A stretch of 63,998 nucleotides of DNA, counting the filler, from Octopus bimaculoides (taxonomy: Eukaryota), in assembly GCF_001194135.2 (NCBI RefSeq). It is 8 parts of 7 records of this genome, joined end to end, with 100 filler letters (N's around TTAATTAATTAA, not from the genome) between each part and the next. Parts side by side here need not be neighbours in the genome. Positions count along the whole stretch, not along the records: positions 34,441 to 56,031 come from NC_068997.1; positions 56,132 to 57,576 come from NW_026343705.1; positions 57,677 to 59,126 come from NC_068992.1; positions 59,227 to 61,296 come from NW_026357059.1; positions 61,397 to 62,782 come from NW_026435905.1; positions 62,883 to 63,998 come from NC_068985.1; 2 more parts are not named here. One strand, 5' to 3'. The position numbers and the translations under genes are program-made. The first letter of the stretch is position 1. Each line of letters opens with the position of its first letter. The notes below the pieces were generated by a model. The model saw only the letters and a program-made list of their open reading frames with translations. It was not told the DNA's origin and ran no database searches. Positions 51,300 through 63,998 of this stretch are shown one piece after another.

Positions 51300-52270
51300 T
51301 CCTATCATCCAAAATCAATTATATATGTAATCTTGTAAAGAACATTTCCTTTAGACTTCCTTCCAACGTAGACGTATTTAATAATAACTATGAATATTAT
51401 AAAGCAGAAGTAATTTAGTTATAACTCTAAACATCATAATGGAGTTTTGTTGAAAAATGGCTTTGATATAGTTTCAATTTATTTCTTCCTCGAATACAAG
51501 TAATTCTGATTTTAAAGTAATTACTCAGCATAAACATACAAAGCATATTTATAAACCACTTAATTCTTTTCATAAACCGTCTAAATATAGTAATACAGAA
51601 AGTAAACGTGATAATGATAATGCTAATATAATCACGAATGTGACTAGGAAAATAATGAGTGGCGGTTCTGAAAATGAAAATAAAAAAAGAACTGATACAG
51701 CTGGAGACGAAACTTATAAACCTACAAATTATCGGAATAATATGACTAAACTAATAAACGAATATGGCCAATCTATTAATCTTGAGTGCGAACATATAAG
51801 CAAACAGAAAGGTGAAAACTATAATATGCTAAAATCTAAGAATAAAGATGAAGCTGGCGGCAAGTGCACAGCTAATACAAAATCTCCATCAAACCTAAAA
51901 TGTAAGGTACGAAATAACATAATCTATTCTGATATTTCTAAAACAAATTTCCCAAACTCGAGATTCTTGAGATTACCCACTAAGAGTAATTACGAGGAAC
52001 CTCACTTAAAAACTATTAGTACCTACGATAGTAAAAATAGAAATATTAAAACAAAAGGAACGCAACGCGGTTTAACGCGTCTCAAGCAAAAAGCATACCC
52101 AAAGATTTTCTTTAATATATTAAATAATATCTTTTCTACGAAACACAAGTATCACTTCATTTTAAATAGGTATATCATTAAATTTTATTACTCCACAACA
52201 CTTAATCTAGCAGATATTATAGAATATTCGAACACCAATAAGATGAATATAGAAAGGATATCTCACGCGT
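51300..52270 (+). mobile_element. Decayed Penelope-like retroelement fragment (includes ORF 51640-52272)
   Basis: KTNFPNSRFLRLPTKSN resembles the PLE motif KENF.N.P..RLINP.KS. RFNA resembles WFNP. NIFSTKHKYHFILNRYIIKFYYSTTLNLADII resembles KHFP..HK.HKIFNRN..K.SYS..PN...II. The RT catalytic core and GIY-YIG are not seen. Confidence 0.5.
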
Positions 52271-52358
52271 AAAAACTAACATAAACTCTCTGTTAGAGAA
52301 CAAATCGATGTATCTAAAATGATTACTATTTCGGATGGGTTCAGATATTTTCATTGTG

Positions 52359-52414
<56 letters not shown>

Positions 52415-52537
52415 NNNNNNNNNNNNNNNNNNNNNNNNNNNNNNNNNNNNNNNNNNNNNNNNNNNNNNNNNNNNNNNNNNNNNNNNNNNNNNNNNNNNNN
52501 NNNNNNNNNNNNNNNNNNNNNNNNNNNNNNNNNNNNN

Positions 52538-52584
<47 letters not shown>

Positions 52585-52594
52585 CATGGGTTGG

Positions 52595-52872
52595 GGAAGG
52601 CACATGGTTAAGTGGTTAGAGCATCGGGCTCATTATTATGAGGTAGTGAGTTTGATTCTCAGACCGAGTTGTGTGTTGTGCAAGACATTTTATTTCACGT
52701 AGAAATGAGTTGCGATGTCACTGGTGCCAAGCTGTATTGACCCCTTTGCCTTTCCTTTGGATAACATCGGTGGCGTGGAGAGGAAATGCATGGATGATTG
52801 CTGCTCTTCTATAAACAACTTTCTAAGTGCGATCCCATTGTCATTCATGACCCAAGGTGGCTTTTACCCTTT
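52595..52872 (+). mobile_element. Diverged tRNA-headed SINE
   Basis: TGGTTAAGTGGTTAG A box, GAGTTTGATTCTC B box, and GCAAGACATTTTATTTCACG shared with 10-262. Confidence 0.6.
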
Positions 52873-53531
52873 ATATCAAAACTAAGAATACAAATGGGCT
52901 AACGCAATTGTGTTCTTATTTTATCCAAACACTCACCCTTCCCTATGTACATATAGATTTATATGTTTATGTATATTTGTGTGTACATGTACATGTATAT
53001 GTAGGTCTATGGAAATGTCCCTATATATACACGGGTATATGTGGATGTGTTTGCATATGGTATATACACATATGTACCGACTCGACCCTCGCTTAGTATC
53101 TTGAATGTTAAAACACCTTCAGTCAAATGAACCCTAGAAATAATTGCAAATATGTTTAAGTTTGTGTGTGTGCGCGCGCGCGCGTGTGTGTGGAGAGAGA
53201 GAGAAAGGAAGAAAGAGACTGAGAAAATCTGTATGTGTATGCACGGATGTAACTGCGCGCGCATTTAATTGTATGTATGTGGCGTGGAGAGGAAATGCAT
53301 GGGTAATTGCCTGTCTGTTTTCTTATGTGTTCGTTCCGTGGTCTGTAGTTCATTGTTCTAACGTCCTGTACCCTGATATGCATCTATATACACATGTAGA
53401 TGTAAGTATGTACATATATGTGTGTATAGGAACGTGAAAATCACGGTGGTGCACCAGCATGACCGCAGCCACTTGGCTGAAACACATAAATAAATAAATA
53501 AATAAATAAATACATGCATATATATTCTTTG

Positions 53532-53572
<41 letters not shown>

Positions 53573-54752
53573 TGTGTGTGTGTGTGGAGAAAGAGAGAGA
53601 AAGGAAGAGAGAAAGAGACAGAGAAAATCTGTGTATGCGTGGATGTAAATACGTGCGCGCGCATATAAATGTGTGTGTGTGTGTGTGTCTGTGTGTGTCT
53701 GTGTGTGTCTGTGTGTGTCTGTGTGTGTCTGTGTGTGTCTGTGTGTGTCTGCGTGTAAAATTAATGCAGCTGGGCGCAATATAAACCGTATAGGCAACAT
53801 TTTATTGTCACTAATTGTGTTTGTATGTGCTACGAGCACATATATTGCTAGAAATAAAAGTTTAACTACTTATTGCTGCGTAAAAGCACATTTGTATACA
53901 CTGACAGGGTAGACGACTGCCCACTGAATGCAGCAAAACTAGAACGCTGGACTGCACAGTTTCATCCTTACGAGAATTGTCAACAGTGCACCTCCATTAC
54001 TTCCATGAAACGGCTAATTCTCTCTGTCAGTATCAATATATTTGCCATATATATTAATGGCTGATTTAGTGAAATGCCAAATCATATGTATGTACGTATG
54101 TACACGCGCGCGTGCAATAATATATATACTTGTATTATCAACTAGGCTAATAGATAACCTAGCATACAAGAGAACGAAAGATTCCTCAACAATGGAAACG
54201 TATTGTGTATGCATAGATCAGGGCAAATACCTAAAATTATACCACCTTTCATCTACGTGTATGTGTATATGTGTGAACGTGAATGAGTGTCACTAAAACC
54301 ATTTATCACCGATAACGTGATACTTTTTCTGATATAGAATCTTTAGGAACTGAATTTATTTGCTGCCCTAGATATCCCAACGGCACTTATAACCAATCTC
54401 TCTCCGATAAAATTTAAAAAATCTTAAAATTCTTTTCTTAAACGTCTATATGTGGAATAACTTATAGGACAGATTCGCAGCTCTCTGTATAGTACCTACC
54501 AATTAACGCTGGTAACCAACAATGGATTAAATTACATTTTTCATCTGATGACCTGGCGTTACTGGGTGATTATGCAATTGCATATGTAAAGTTTACCGCA
54601 AAGCATACTAATATACGCTTGTGAAACACGTGTAAAGATTATAAACGAATCTCCAGTTTTATTCTGCTCATGCATACATACATACAAACACACGCACGCA
54701 CACACATACAAACACACACGCGCACACAAACACACGCGCACACACACACACA

Positions 54753-54786
<34 letters not shown>

Positions 54787-55040
54787 CATACATACATACA
54801 TACATATACGAGTGAGTTGACAAACGGAAGAAGGGTATTTCAACACATTTATTGGAAATTACATGCATTTATCAAAACAGTTTGATTCAAATTCGTTGGT
54901 ACTCCGAGTTTCAAGCGTGACGGTAATCTTCAGCCATTGGGAATTCCCAAAGACCAAAGATTAGCATCACGCTTGAATCTCGGACTCCGAATAAATTTGA
55001 ATCAAACTGTTTTGATCCATATATATATATGTATACATAC

Positions 55041-55138
<98 letters not shown>

Positions 55139-55147
55139 GTGTGCGTA

Positions 55148-55188
<41 letters not shown>

Positions 55189-55264
55189 ACACACACATGT
55201 ATGTGTATATATGTATATGTATGTGTATGTATAACTATGTGTGTGTTTGTAATATCTCTTTAGT

Positions 55265-56031
55265 AATTCACTACCATCACTATAGTCGAAAGCCTTTCCA
55301 TCGCGATCGCTACTACCACCTCAACTGCAATTCAAGCCAACCACTACTTCACATCCGCGACAGCTATATCACCCCATCATTACGATACACTGTTGCTTTC
55401 CTTACTAGTCACACTTGCACCAACACTGTCACTAATGCTACTACCACCACCAACATTAGCCACCACTACAACCGCCACTAAACATTATATCATCAACGTA
55501 ACTGTAATAGCTACCACTACCATTAATACCACACTTACTAATAATACCATTATCGGTACTAAAACTGCTACTACCTCTATCAACACTACTATCACTACTA
55601 CCACAACTATTACCATCATTAACACGACAACCAAAACTGCTACAGCCCTCATAACCACCTCTACTACTACATCCACCACTGTCACTACCGGCATCACTAT
55701 CATACAATCACCATTTACATCACCCCCACTACCACCTCCACTATCAGCCTCGCCAGTACTATTACCGACAATACTTCGTCTATCACTGTCAACATCACCA
55801 CCTCACCACTATCACTACATCCAGCACTACAATCACTACCACCACCAACACCACCATCAGCACCAACACCATCATCTCTACTGTTCCAACCACAACACCG
55901 CGGTCGACACAACCACATCCACCACCACTACTACCACGATGACGGCGACGACAACCACCACCGCTACACCCACCACTACTAACACCACGATGACGACAAC
56001 GACCACCACCACCACCACTACTACTACGACA
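55265..56031. repeat. (CAC/ACT/ACC)n low-complexity tract
   Basis: Degenerate trinucleotide repeat ending at a gap. Confidence 0.85.
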
Positions 56032-56131
56032 NNNNNNNNNNNNNNNNNNNNNNNNNNNNNNNNNNNNNNNNNNNNTTAATTAATTAANNNNNNNNNNNNN
56101 NNNNNNNNNNNNNNNNNNNNNNNNNNNNNNN

Positions 56132-56240
56132 AAGAGACCGATAGAATAAGTGCTAGGCTTACAAAGAATAAGTCCTAGGGTTAGTGTGTGCGAGTAAAGA
56201 TGGTTCTTCAGCATGCCTGCTGTGAAACGACTGAAACAAG
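56132..56240 (+). mobile_element. SINE family A 3' end
   Basis: AAGAGACCGATAGAATAAGT.CTAGGCTTACAAAGAATAAGTCC..GACTGAAACAAGTAAA. Confidence 0.75.
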
Positions 56241-56634
56241 TAAATGAATAAAAGAATATATATACAGAGTGCGATGATTAAACTGTTCTCTAAATTATGC
56301 AGAAATTAAAATAACACTGGCATCTCATTTTAGCAGATATATTTATCAAAATTATTTTTAAATATTGTGAAATTCTAATGAGTAAATTTATTCAATACAA
56401 TTGCCACTGGCTTCAACCACTACTTCCAGATGACTTCAGGNNNNNNNNNNNNNNNNNNNTGTGTTTTCCATCAGCCGTACTGTTGAGCCGTCACAGCACA
56501 ACCTCCTCAGGCACTTGATAAATAGAACGACATAAAGTCTTCACTCTGTCAAAGATAGATCTACGTAAAACATAGAACCACAGAATAGAACTAAGAAGCC
56601 TCCCATAATTGCCCTATCCAGTTGTTCTGGATGA

Positions 56635-56710
56635 TATTTATGAAACAATATTGCCAATATTTTATGAAACAATATTGCCAATGTTTATGAAACAATATTG
56701 CCAATATTTT
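56635..56710. repeat. 23-24-bp tandem repeat, about 3 copies
   Basis: Unit TTTATGAAACAATATTGCCAAT(A/G). Confidence 0.9.
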
Positions 56711-57368
56711 ACAACGTATTCCTGATAATTAAATTCTCACTTTTAGTTTCTGTAACTAATGTTTTCAATATAGATTGTGTTTTTCATTTTTGATTCTTCT
56801 GTAATTAATATCTTTAATGTATGGTTAATTAGATGACAATTGGGGTTATATAAGAATATAAGGGTTAGGGATGTTTTACCTTAACTTATAAAAGTTTTCT
56901 CATTGTTTTTCCAGGTTCTAGTTCTGGTAATGAAACAGATGTTGGAAGAGCAGAGACGAGAACATAATTAAACATATGAAAAACGAATTCCTTTGAGAAT
57001 CTTCTTTTCTTCTTATATTACATTAAACACATTTGCATAAAAGACAGCTTCATTTTTATCTATCAATAAAACACTACGAAACTTAGAGACTGTATAAACC
57101 ACAATGTAATTTGAACCTTCTCATTTTTTTGTAACACAAGATCTAACATCATATGGTTTGATTTGTAATTCTAAAGATATTTTCTAACTGTCAATTTCAC
57201 TTTTAATTATCAATATAATCTTTTACNNNNNNNNNNTTCACTTTTAATTATCAATATAATCTTTTACTTCTCTTAATGAAGGAATAAATGTGGTTTCTTA
57301 CGTGAATCTATTTTGTCTTTAGATGAAACATCGATATATTATATTCGAGGTTCAAATAACGCCTAGTG

Positions 57369-57576
57369 AGAGAGAGATGGAGAGAGAGAGAGATGGAGAG
57401 AGNNNNNNNNNNAGAGAGAGATGGAGAGAGAGAGAGATGGAGAGAGAAAGAGATGGAGAGAGAGAGATGGAGAGAGAGAGATGGAGAAAGAGAGATGGAG
57501 AGAGAGAGAGAGATGGAAAGAGAGAGATGGAAAGAGAGAGAGATGGAGAGAGAGAGTTATGGAGAGAGAGAGATGG
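57369..57576. repeat. (GA)n array punctuated by ATGG (GAGAGAGATG-type minisatellite)
   Basis: Directly visible. Confidence 0.9.
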
Positions 57577-57676
57577 NNNNNNNNNNNNNNNNNNNNNNNN
57601 NNNNNNNNNNNNNNNNNNNNTTAATTAATTAANNNNNNNNNNNNNNNNNNNNNNNNNNNNNNNNNNNNNNNNNNNN

Positions 57677-57725
<49 letters not shown>

Positions 57726-58704
57726 GTTTGTGTGTGTGTATGCGCGTATATACTTATGTAGGCGCATACGTACGTATACATTCATACATACATACACATA
57801 TTTACATACATATAGATTAACATGCTGCAAAGCTTGAAAATTTAAACGCCATTGCAGGTTAAATTTGGAACGTTGTCATTTCGTAATACTAAAGATACAT
57901 GAGAAAATTGTGAGAAATTGTGATAAGAGAGATTAAAAGAAATAGCTCTAGATATACATTACACGGATGTGTACACACATATATCTTGGTCTGTATATAT
58001 AACCTGTAGTGTATGCTGTATGCTTGTTTGCGTGAGTGTATAAACGTTAGTACTATGAACAAAGTAACCGAAAACTCAATACAGAAGGGTAAATAACATA
58101 TATGATGCTTATATATTATACATATATGTGTGCGCATATTTATATGTTTACCTAAGTATGTATATATGTGTATATCAATATATATTTATGGCTGTGCGTG
58201 CAAATGCCTGTGTGTGTGTGTGTGCGCGCGCGCTTATGGCCATGTTTACGTACCTATAGTGTAAATTTTCAATTGAAAAGTTATGAAAAATTTCAAAGGA
58301 AGGAAGCACACACTCGCACAAAAACATAAACACACACACATACAAACATATAAGTATATGCCTGTATGCCTGTGTGTAGGTATAAATAAATGCATAAATA
58401 CGTAATCACACACACATATGTATATCTATCTCTCCCTCTCTCTCTCTATCTATCTATCTATAGTTATATATATGTAAAATCGCATACATTTGCGAAGTTA
58501 CACTGAAGTGTACAAATAAATCGATGAATAGCTAATATGGACGATGTATAAATGCTTACAAGTCCAGACAGACATGCAACTACCTAGTGACAACCCCCAC
58601 ATACATACACGCATATATATATATACATATATGTATATGTACATACGTATATGTATGTGTAATATATATATATGTATATGTAAGTATGTATGTATGTATG
58701 TATG

Positions 58705-58770
<66 letters not shown>

Positions 58771-59226
58771 GTAACGTAGTTGTGCAGCTTCACGTTGTTT
58801 ATATAGAGTGTTAGATGCTCGTAAGCCAGTTTGGAGGAATCACTTCATGATTGAAGTGATTCCTCCAAACTGGCTTACGAGCACATAACACATATATGAA
58901 TATATAACGTATGCATATGAATGTATACATATTTGAATATATAACGTGTTGGTATATAACAGGTACATACATCTGAAGACACATGGCTACCCATTCTTAA
59001 GAATGCATAAACAGACATGTATATTCAAGCACAGATGAAGAAATAGATGTATATTGATTGATGTACATCGGTACAGATATAAATACTTCTACGTATGTGC
59101 ATCTAAAAATATGCATATATATATATNNNNNNNNNNNNNNNNNNNNNNNNNNNNNNNNNNNNNNNNNNNNTTAATTAATTAANNNNNNNNNNNNNNNNNN
59201 NNNNNNNNNNNNNNNNNNNNNNNNNN

Positions 59227-59385
59227 TGTGTGTGTGTTTTGTTTATCCCGTACCACCGTATGACAATTGATCTGGTCTTGTTTACATATCCGCAATCTAA
59301 CGGTTCGGCGAAAACGTCTGTTAGAATAAATACTGAGGTCGATTTGTTCGACAAAACACTTCAAGGTGGTGACCCAGCATAAACA
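59227..59385 (+). mobile_element. SINE family A 3' half, diverged
   Basis: TTTGTTTATCCC..GTTTACAT.TCC..AACGGTTCGGCGAAA..TAGAATAAATACT..GATTTGTTCGAC. Confidence 0.65.
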
Positions 59386-59667
59386 GAGAAAGAGAGAGAG
59401 ATTGTATATTTGTTTGTGTGCATTTATGTCACTGAGTGAGTTGGTGTAATCTACAAAAAAATATAGATCGGATTTTCTGGCAGTCGGTAAAATGACAGGA
59501 TAAATGCGATGTCTGAAAGCATCACATCGCTGTACGTTAAATGTTAATATCTAGCCGAGCAGGACCTGTGTTCTTTGTTGTTATTCTGAATCAATAAAAT
59601 AAACACAGTTCGAGATGGGGTCGATGTAATCCATTATTTTTATACGGAATGGCTGGTCGTGTGTTAC

Positions 59668-59738
<71 letters not shown>

Positions 59739-62700
59739 AGAANNNNNNNNNNNNNNNNNNNNNNNNNNNNNNNNNNNNNNNNNNNNNNNNNNNNNNNNNN
59801 NNNNNNNNNNNNNNNNNNNNNNNNNNNNNNNNNNNNNNNNNNNNNNNNNNNNNNNNNNNNNNNNNNNNNNNNNNNNNNNNNNNNNNNNNNNNNNNNNNNN
59901 NNNNNNNNNNNNNNNNNNNNNNNNNNNNNNNNNNNNNNNNNNNNNNNNNNNNNNNNNNNNNNNNNNNNNNNNNNNNNNNNNNNNNNNNNNNNNNNNNNNN
60001 NNNNNNNNNNNNNNNNNNNNNNNNNNNNNNNNNNNNNNNNNNNNNNNNNNNNNNNNNNNNNNNNNNNNNNNNNNNNNNNNNNNNNNNNNNNNNNNNNNNN
60101 NNNNNNNNNNNNNNNNNNNNNNNNNNNNNNNNNNNNNNNNNNNNNNNNNNNNNNNNNNNNNNNNNNNNNNNNNNNNNNNNNNNNNNNNNNNNNNNNNNNN
60201 NNNNNNNNNNNNNNNNNNNNNNNNNNNNNNNNNNNNNNNNNNNNNNNNNNNNNNNNNNNNNNNNNNNNNNNNNNNNNNNNNNNNNNNNNNNNNNNNNNNN
60301 NNNNNNNNNNNNNNNNNNNNNNNNNNNNNNNNNNNNNNNNNNNNNNNNNNNNNNNNNNNNNNNNNNNNNNNNNNNNNNNNNNNNNNNNNNNNNNNNNNNN
60401 NNNNNNNNNNNNNNNNNNNNNNNNNNNNNNNNNNNNNNNNNNNNNNNNNNNNNNNNNNNNNNNNNNNNNNNNNNNNNNNNNNNNNNNNNNNNNNNNNNNN
60501 NNNNNNNNNNNNNNNNNNNNNNNNNNNNNNNNNNNNNNNNNNNNNNNNNNNNNNNNNNNNNNNNNNNNNNNNNNNNNNNNNNNNNNNNNNNNNNNNNNNN
60601 NNNNNNNNNNNNNNNNNNNNNNNNNNNNNNNNNNNNNNNNNNNNNNNNNNNNNNNNNNNNNNNNNNNNNNNNNNNNNNNNNNNNNNNNNNNNNNNNNNNN
60701 NNNNNNNNNNNNNNNNNNNNNNNNACATCTGAGATATTTACATAATATATAAGATATTAACATAGATGTATACACACCTACATACAAAACCACACATGTA
60801 CGTGTGTGACTGACTACAAAACAAATATATAAAACTGTACAGAGCGCGCAAAAAGTAAATAAATAAAACCTTTCTTTGGACGACCCATGTTGAATTGTAA
60901 AATTACAATGTGATATTTGTGTAATAACGAAATCAATCCTGGAGTGTGTGTATGTGTGTTTATATTAGAGAGACAGTGTGTGTGCACGTGCGTGTGTGTG
61001 TGTATGTGAGAGAGAGAGAGAGAGAGGGGGGGAGGAGAGAGAACACCGTAAACAATGAATGAAATAAACATGAAATGAAGAAATTGTATAAATAAAAGCT
61101 CGTTAAAAACTTTCTTATACCGAATATTTAAACTTGTGAACATAGTAAATATTCTTTTCGGTAATTTATCGTAGTTGTTTGCAAATAGCGAATTAAAACC
61201 TGAAATGACAACATTAAAATAGAGAGTGTGAGATTTTGCAAATGAAAATGGAAAATTGCATTGTTGAATTTGAGAAACCTTTTTAAAGAAGTGAATNNNN
61301 NNNNNNNNNNNNNNNNNNNNNNNNNNNNNNNNNNNNNNNNTTAATTAATTAANNNNNNNNNNNNNNNNNNNNNNNNNNNNNNNNNNNNNNNNNNNNTTTG
61401 ACAATTTTCAATTGATGTACAATGTTCAAATTCAATAAAACAAGCTTAGAAAATTCAGAGAAGTGATTATGTTTTGTTAATTGCTTATTTCCTGTAAATA
61501 TGGTTTTACGTAAATTCGTTTTCTTTGTTTTCCTTTGTGGTTTGATCTTTTCCACATCAATTCGTGTTTAATAACTTTGAAATGTTGTCTGGAAATTATC
61601 AACATGTTCGTTCCGTTAAAGTATGGAAAGTATTATCAATTCTATAACATGACTTCAATGAAAGCGATTAAAAATTCTCTGGAATTAAGCAGGAATATTG
61701 GCGTCTGCTGAGTTTAATAGAATTGAAATTTGAATGAGGCAAGTATCGAACATAAATTTTTGAAGAATATTATTGAATAGATTAAAGAAGTAGTCCAGCA
61801 ATTACGTTTGTCGGTTATGACAGGCTGCATGATTATGAGAGAAAGACTGGAGAGATTAAAGGTGGATAATGTTTATCATAGATGATGAATANNNNNNNNN
61901 NAAGACTGGAGAGATTAAAGGTGGATAATGTTTATCATAGATGATGAATAACCTGAAGCACTTGAACACATCTCATATCTCGTACATTTAATAACTTCCA
62001 GTTGTTAATAAAACAACATTGACGCTGTTATAGACACACTTAACCTCGTCGAACGCACGATAAAGTGGGATCTCTTTAAAACAATGTTGGGCGCCATCTG
62101 GTGAACTATTGACCCTATCTATATATAGTCGGATGATTATCTGCTGTATTTTGACAGATCTCACCTCAAGCCTGAATACCGAATATAGTGGAGTTTTACA
62201 AGAACATGCAATGGAAACATTATGCAATCGAAATCAACAATGGATCAACGACGTGGTCGCATGATCTGCTAGAAAAAGCAGACAATTCTTCCTCAACTTA
62301 CTCTTTGTTGTCTTTAAGAAAGGAAGGACACATTAGATAATGTAGCGCAAGAAGCACAACGATTGAAGAAAGAGCTAAATGGTGGATTGTTGTTGATGGT
62401 AGGTTTTCTCTTTCAAGGCTGATAAATTCTTCACGGTTTTGAGCAATTCTACCCAAACCTTTTCAGGCTGCCATCCCTTCGGCACCCTGACCACATTTCT
62501 AGCGCCCTCCCCCACTCTCTACCACAAACATAGACATCTTTCTGCATAAAATTCCAAAGAACTGTATTTCAAAATAAGACTTATCCTAATTAACTAATTA
62601 TTTGGTAGTTTTTACATCTATTGCCTCCTTTTGGCCACCCCATTATCGCCTCCAGTTCTCTTCAACGCCCCTCCTAAGTGAGAGATACAATCCATCGTTT

Positions 62701-63278
62701 GAATTAACACCACTACATCACACTTAAGTTAGTATTAGCGACATTTGAGACAAGTAATGTATTTAATGTCACGATTTGATGTNNNNNNNNNNNNNNNNNN
62801 NNNNNNNNNNNNNNNNNNNNNNNNNNTTAATTAATTAANNNNNNNNNNNNNNNNNNNNNNNNNNNNNNNNNNNNNNNNNNNNGTTTTTCCAGCGCGCTTC
62901 TTGCCACTCCCCTCCTCCCCACACATCCACCGCCACCGTCTTCGGAATCAGCCTCGCTACTACCACCACCATCGCCTTCACGACGACGACGACCACCACC
63001 ACCACCAGCACCAGCACCAGCAGCAGCACCACCACCACCTTTACCACCACACACTATCAGCAGCAGTAGCACCACCACCACGACCACCCCCACCACTACC
63101 ATTACCACCAGAAGAAAACAAAAGCGGTTTACACCTTGCCACCCGTTTGATGGATAGTAAGAAACAGCGTTGCCGTATTAAACTCCTCTGAAACAATTTA
63201 TTCCATCGCAAAATGTAGTCTTCGCAGTTCGTTTCATTTCTCTCTTTTCTTAGACACAGAAAGAAGGTTAATTAAGTA

Positions 63279-63405
63279 TTATTACCTCAGCCCTAGCGAA
63301 GGCGGAGGTATTGTTTTTCAGTCGTGTTTGTTTGTTTGTTTGTCCGTGGACAAGATATCTCAAAAACCGCTCGATGGATTCGGATGAAACTTTCAGGGAT
63401 GTTTA
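63279..63405 (+). mobile_element. Non-autonomous DNA element end (Helentron/DINE-1-like or Crypton-like architecture)
   Basis: TTATTACCTCAGCC-CTAGCGAA-GGCGGAGGTA short inverted repeat, then a (GTTT)n tract, then ATCTCAAAAACCGCTCGATGGATTCGGATGAAACTT. Confidence 0.5.
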
Positions 63406-63523
63406 GGATCCTTTGGCAGATTCGTGAGAGCATCGGTCAAAATGTCTGGCAGTATTTAGAGTTATGGCTCTTTGTGTTCTGAGTTCAAATCCCGACGAGG
63501 TCAACTTCACCTTTCTTTTTATA

Positions 63524-63866
63524 GGCGCAGGCGTGGCTGTGTGGTAAGTTGCTTGCTTACCAACCACATCGTTCTGTGATCAGTCCTGTTGCGTGGCACC
63601 TTGCGCAAGTGTCTTCAGAAACTGAAAGAAGCCCGTCTTATATATTCTGTATGTACTTGTGTGTCTGTGTATGTCTCCCTACCATCGCTTGACAACCGAT
63701 GATGGTGTGTTTACGTCCCCGTAACTTAGCGATTCGACAAAAGACACCAATAGAATAAGTACTAGGCTTACAAAGAATACGTCCTGTGGTCGATTTGTTC
63801 GACTAAAGGCAGTGCTCCAGCATGACCGCAGTCAAATGATTGAAACAAGTAAAAGAATAAAAGAAT
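63524..63866 (+). mobile_element. SINE family A, full length; a diverged family B head lies at ~63412-63516
   Basis: GGCGCAGGCGTGGCTGTGTGGTAAG head through TGAAACAAGTAAAAGAATAAAAGA tail. Confidence 0.85.
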
Positions 63867-63998
63867 GTATACAAACACGCACATATATATGAATATATAT
63901 GCTTGTATGTATGTGTATATATGTATGAGTATCTATCCATGTATATATATATATATAGAGAGAGAGAGAATTAACATTGCTTATATATATATATATAT

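Noticed and set aside
53150-53670. ~100-bp local direct repeat (53150-53270 and 53570-53670)
   Set aside because: Mostly microsatellite-derived local duplication with no further structure.
55393-56079. Thr-rich mucin-like 228-aa ORF; similar ORFs at 5574-5994 and 62827-63191
   Set aside because: Translation of degenerate CAC/ACT/GCT repeats, with no domain, splice or start context.
56635-56710. Short direct repeats as a possible CRISPR array (also 4201-4273)
   Set aside because: Head-to-tail tandem units without spacers, in a eukaryotic context with no cas genes.
57196-57267. Exact direct repeat across a 10-N gap; the same pattern occurs at 61843-61950
   Set aside because: Identical sequence on both sides of a minimal gap indicates unmerged overlapping contig ends.

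Overview
AT-rich, gap-riddled eukaryotic genomic window. It is most likely from an octopus-type cephalopod, inferred from the tRNA-headed SINE families and extreme microsatellite density. No intact host gene, rRNA, true tRNA or CRISPR array can be supported. The window is a graveyard of mobile elements: a Ty3/Gypsy pol remnant, a 5'-complete but decayed L1/Tx1-type LINE, four mariner relics, RTE and Penelope-like fragments and many SINE copies. The most striking feature is a set of restriction-like-endonuclease (RLE) non-LTR retrotransposon pieces (R4/Dong-like, CRE-like, HERO-like). The R4/Dong-like pieces form two stacks (6.4-10.2 kb on +, 21.0-23.3 kb on -) in which different families are separated by (TAA)n tracts, always with TAA on the sense strand. 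A non-coding ~530-bp repeat shares the + strand stack. Several long hairpins or fold-backs and hammerhead-ribozyme-like motifs were also seen. Almost all long ORFs in the supplied track are microsatellite or N-gap artefacts. Family assignments come from hand-read motifs, not database searches, and coordinates are approximate.
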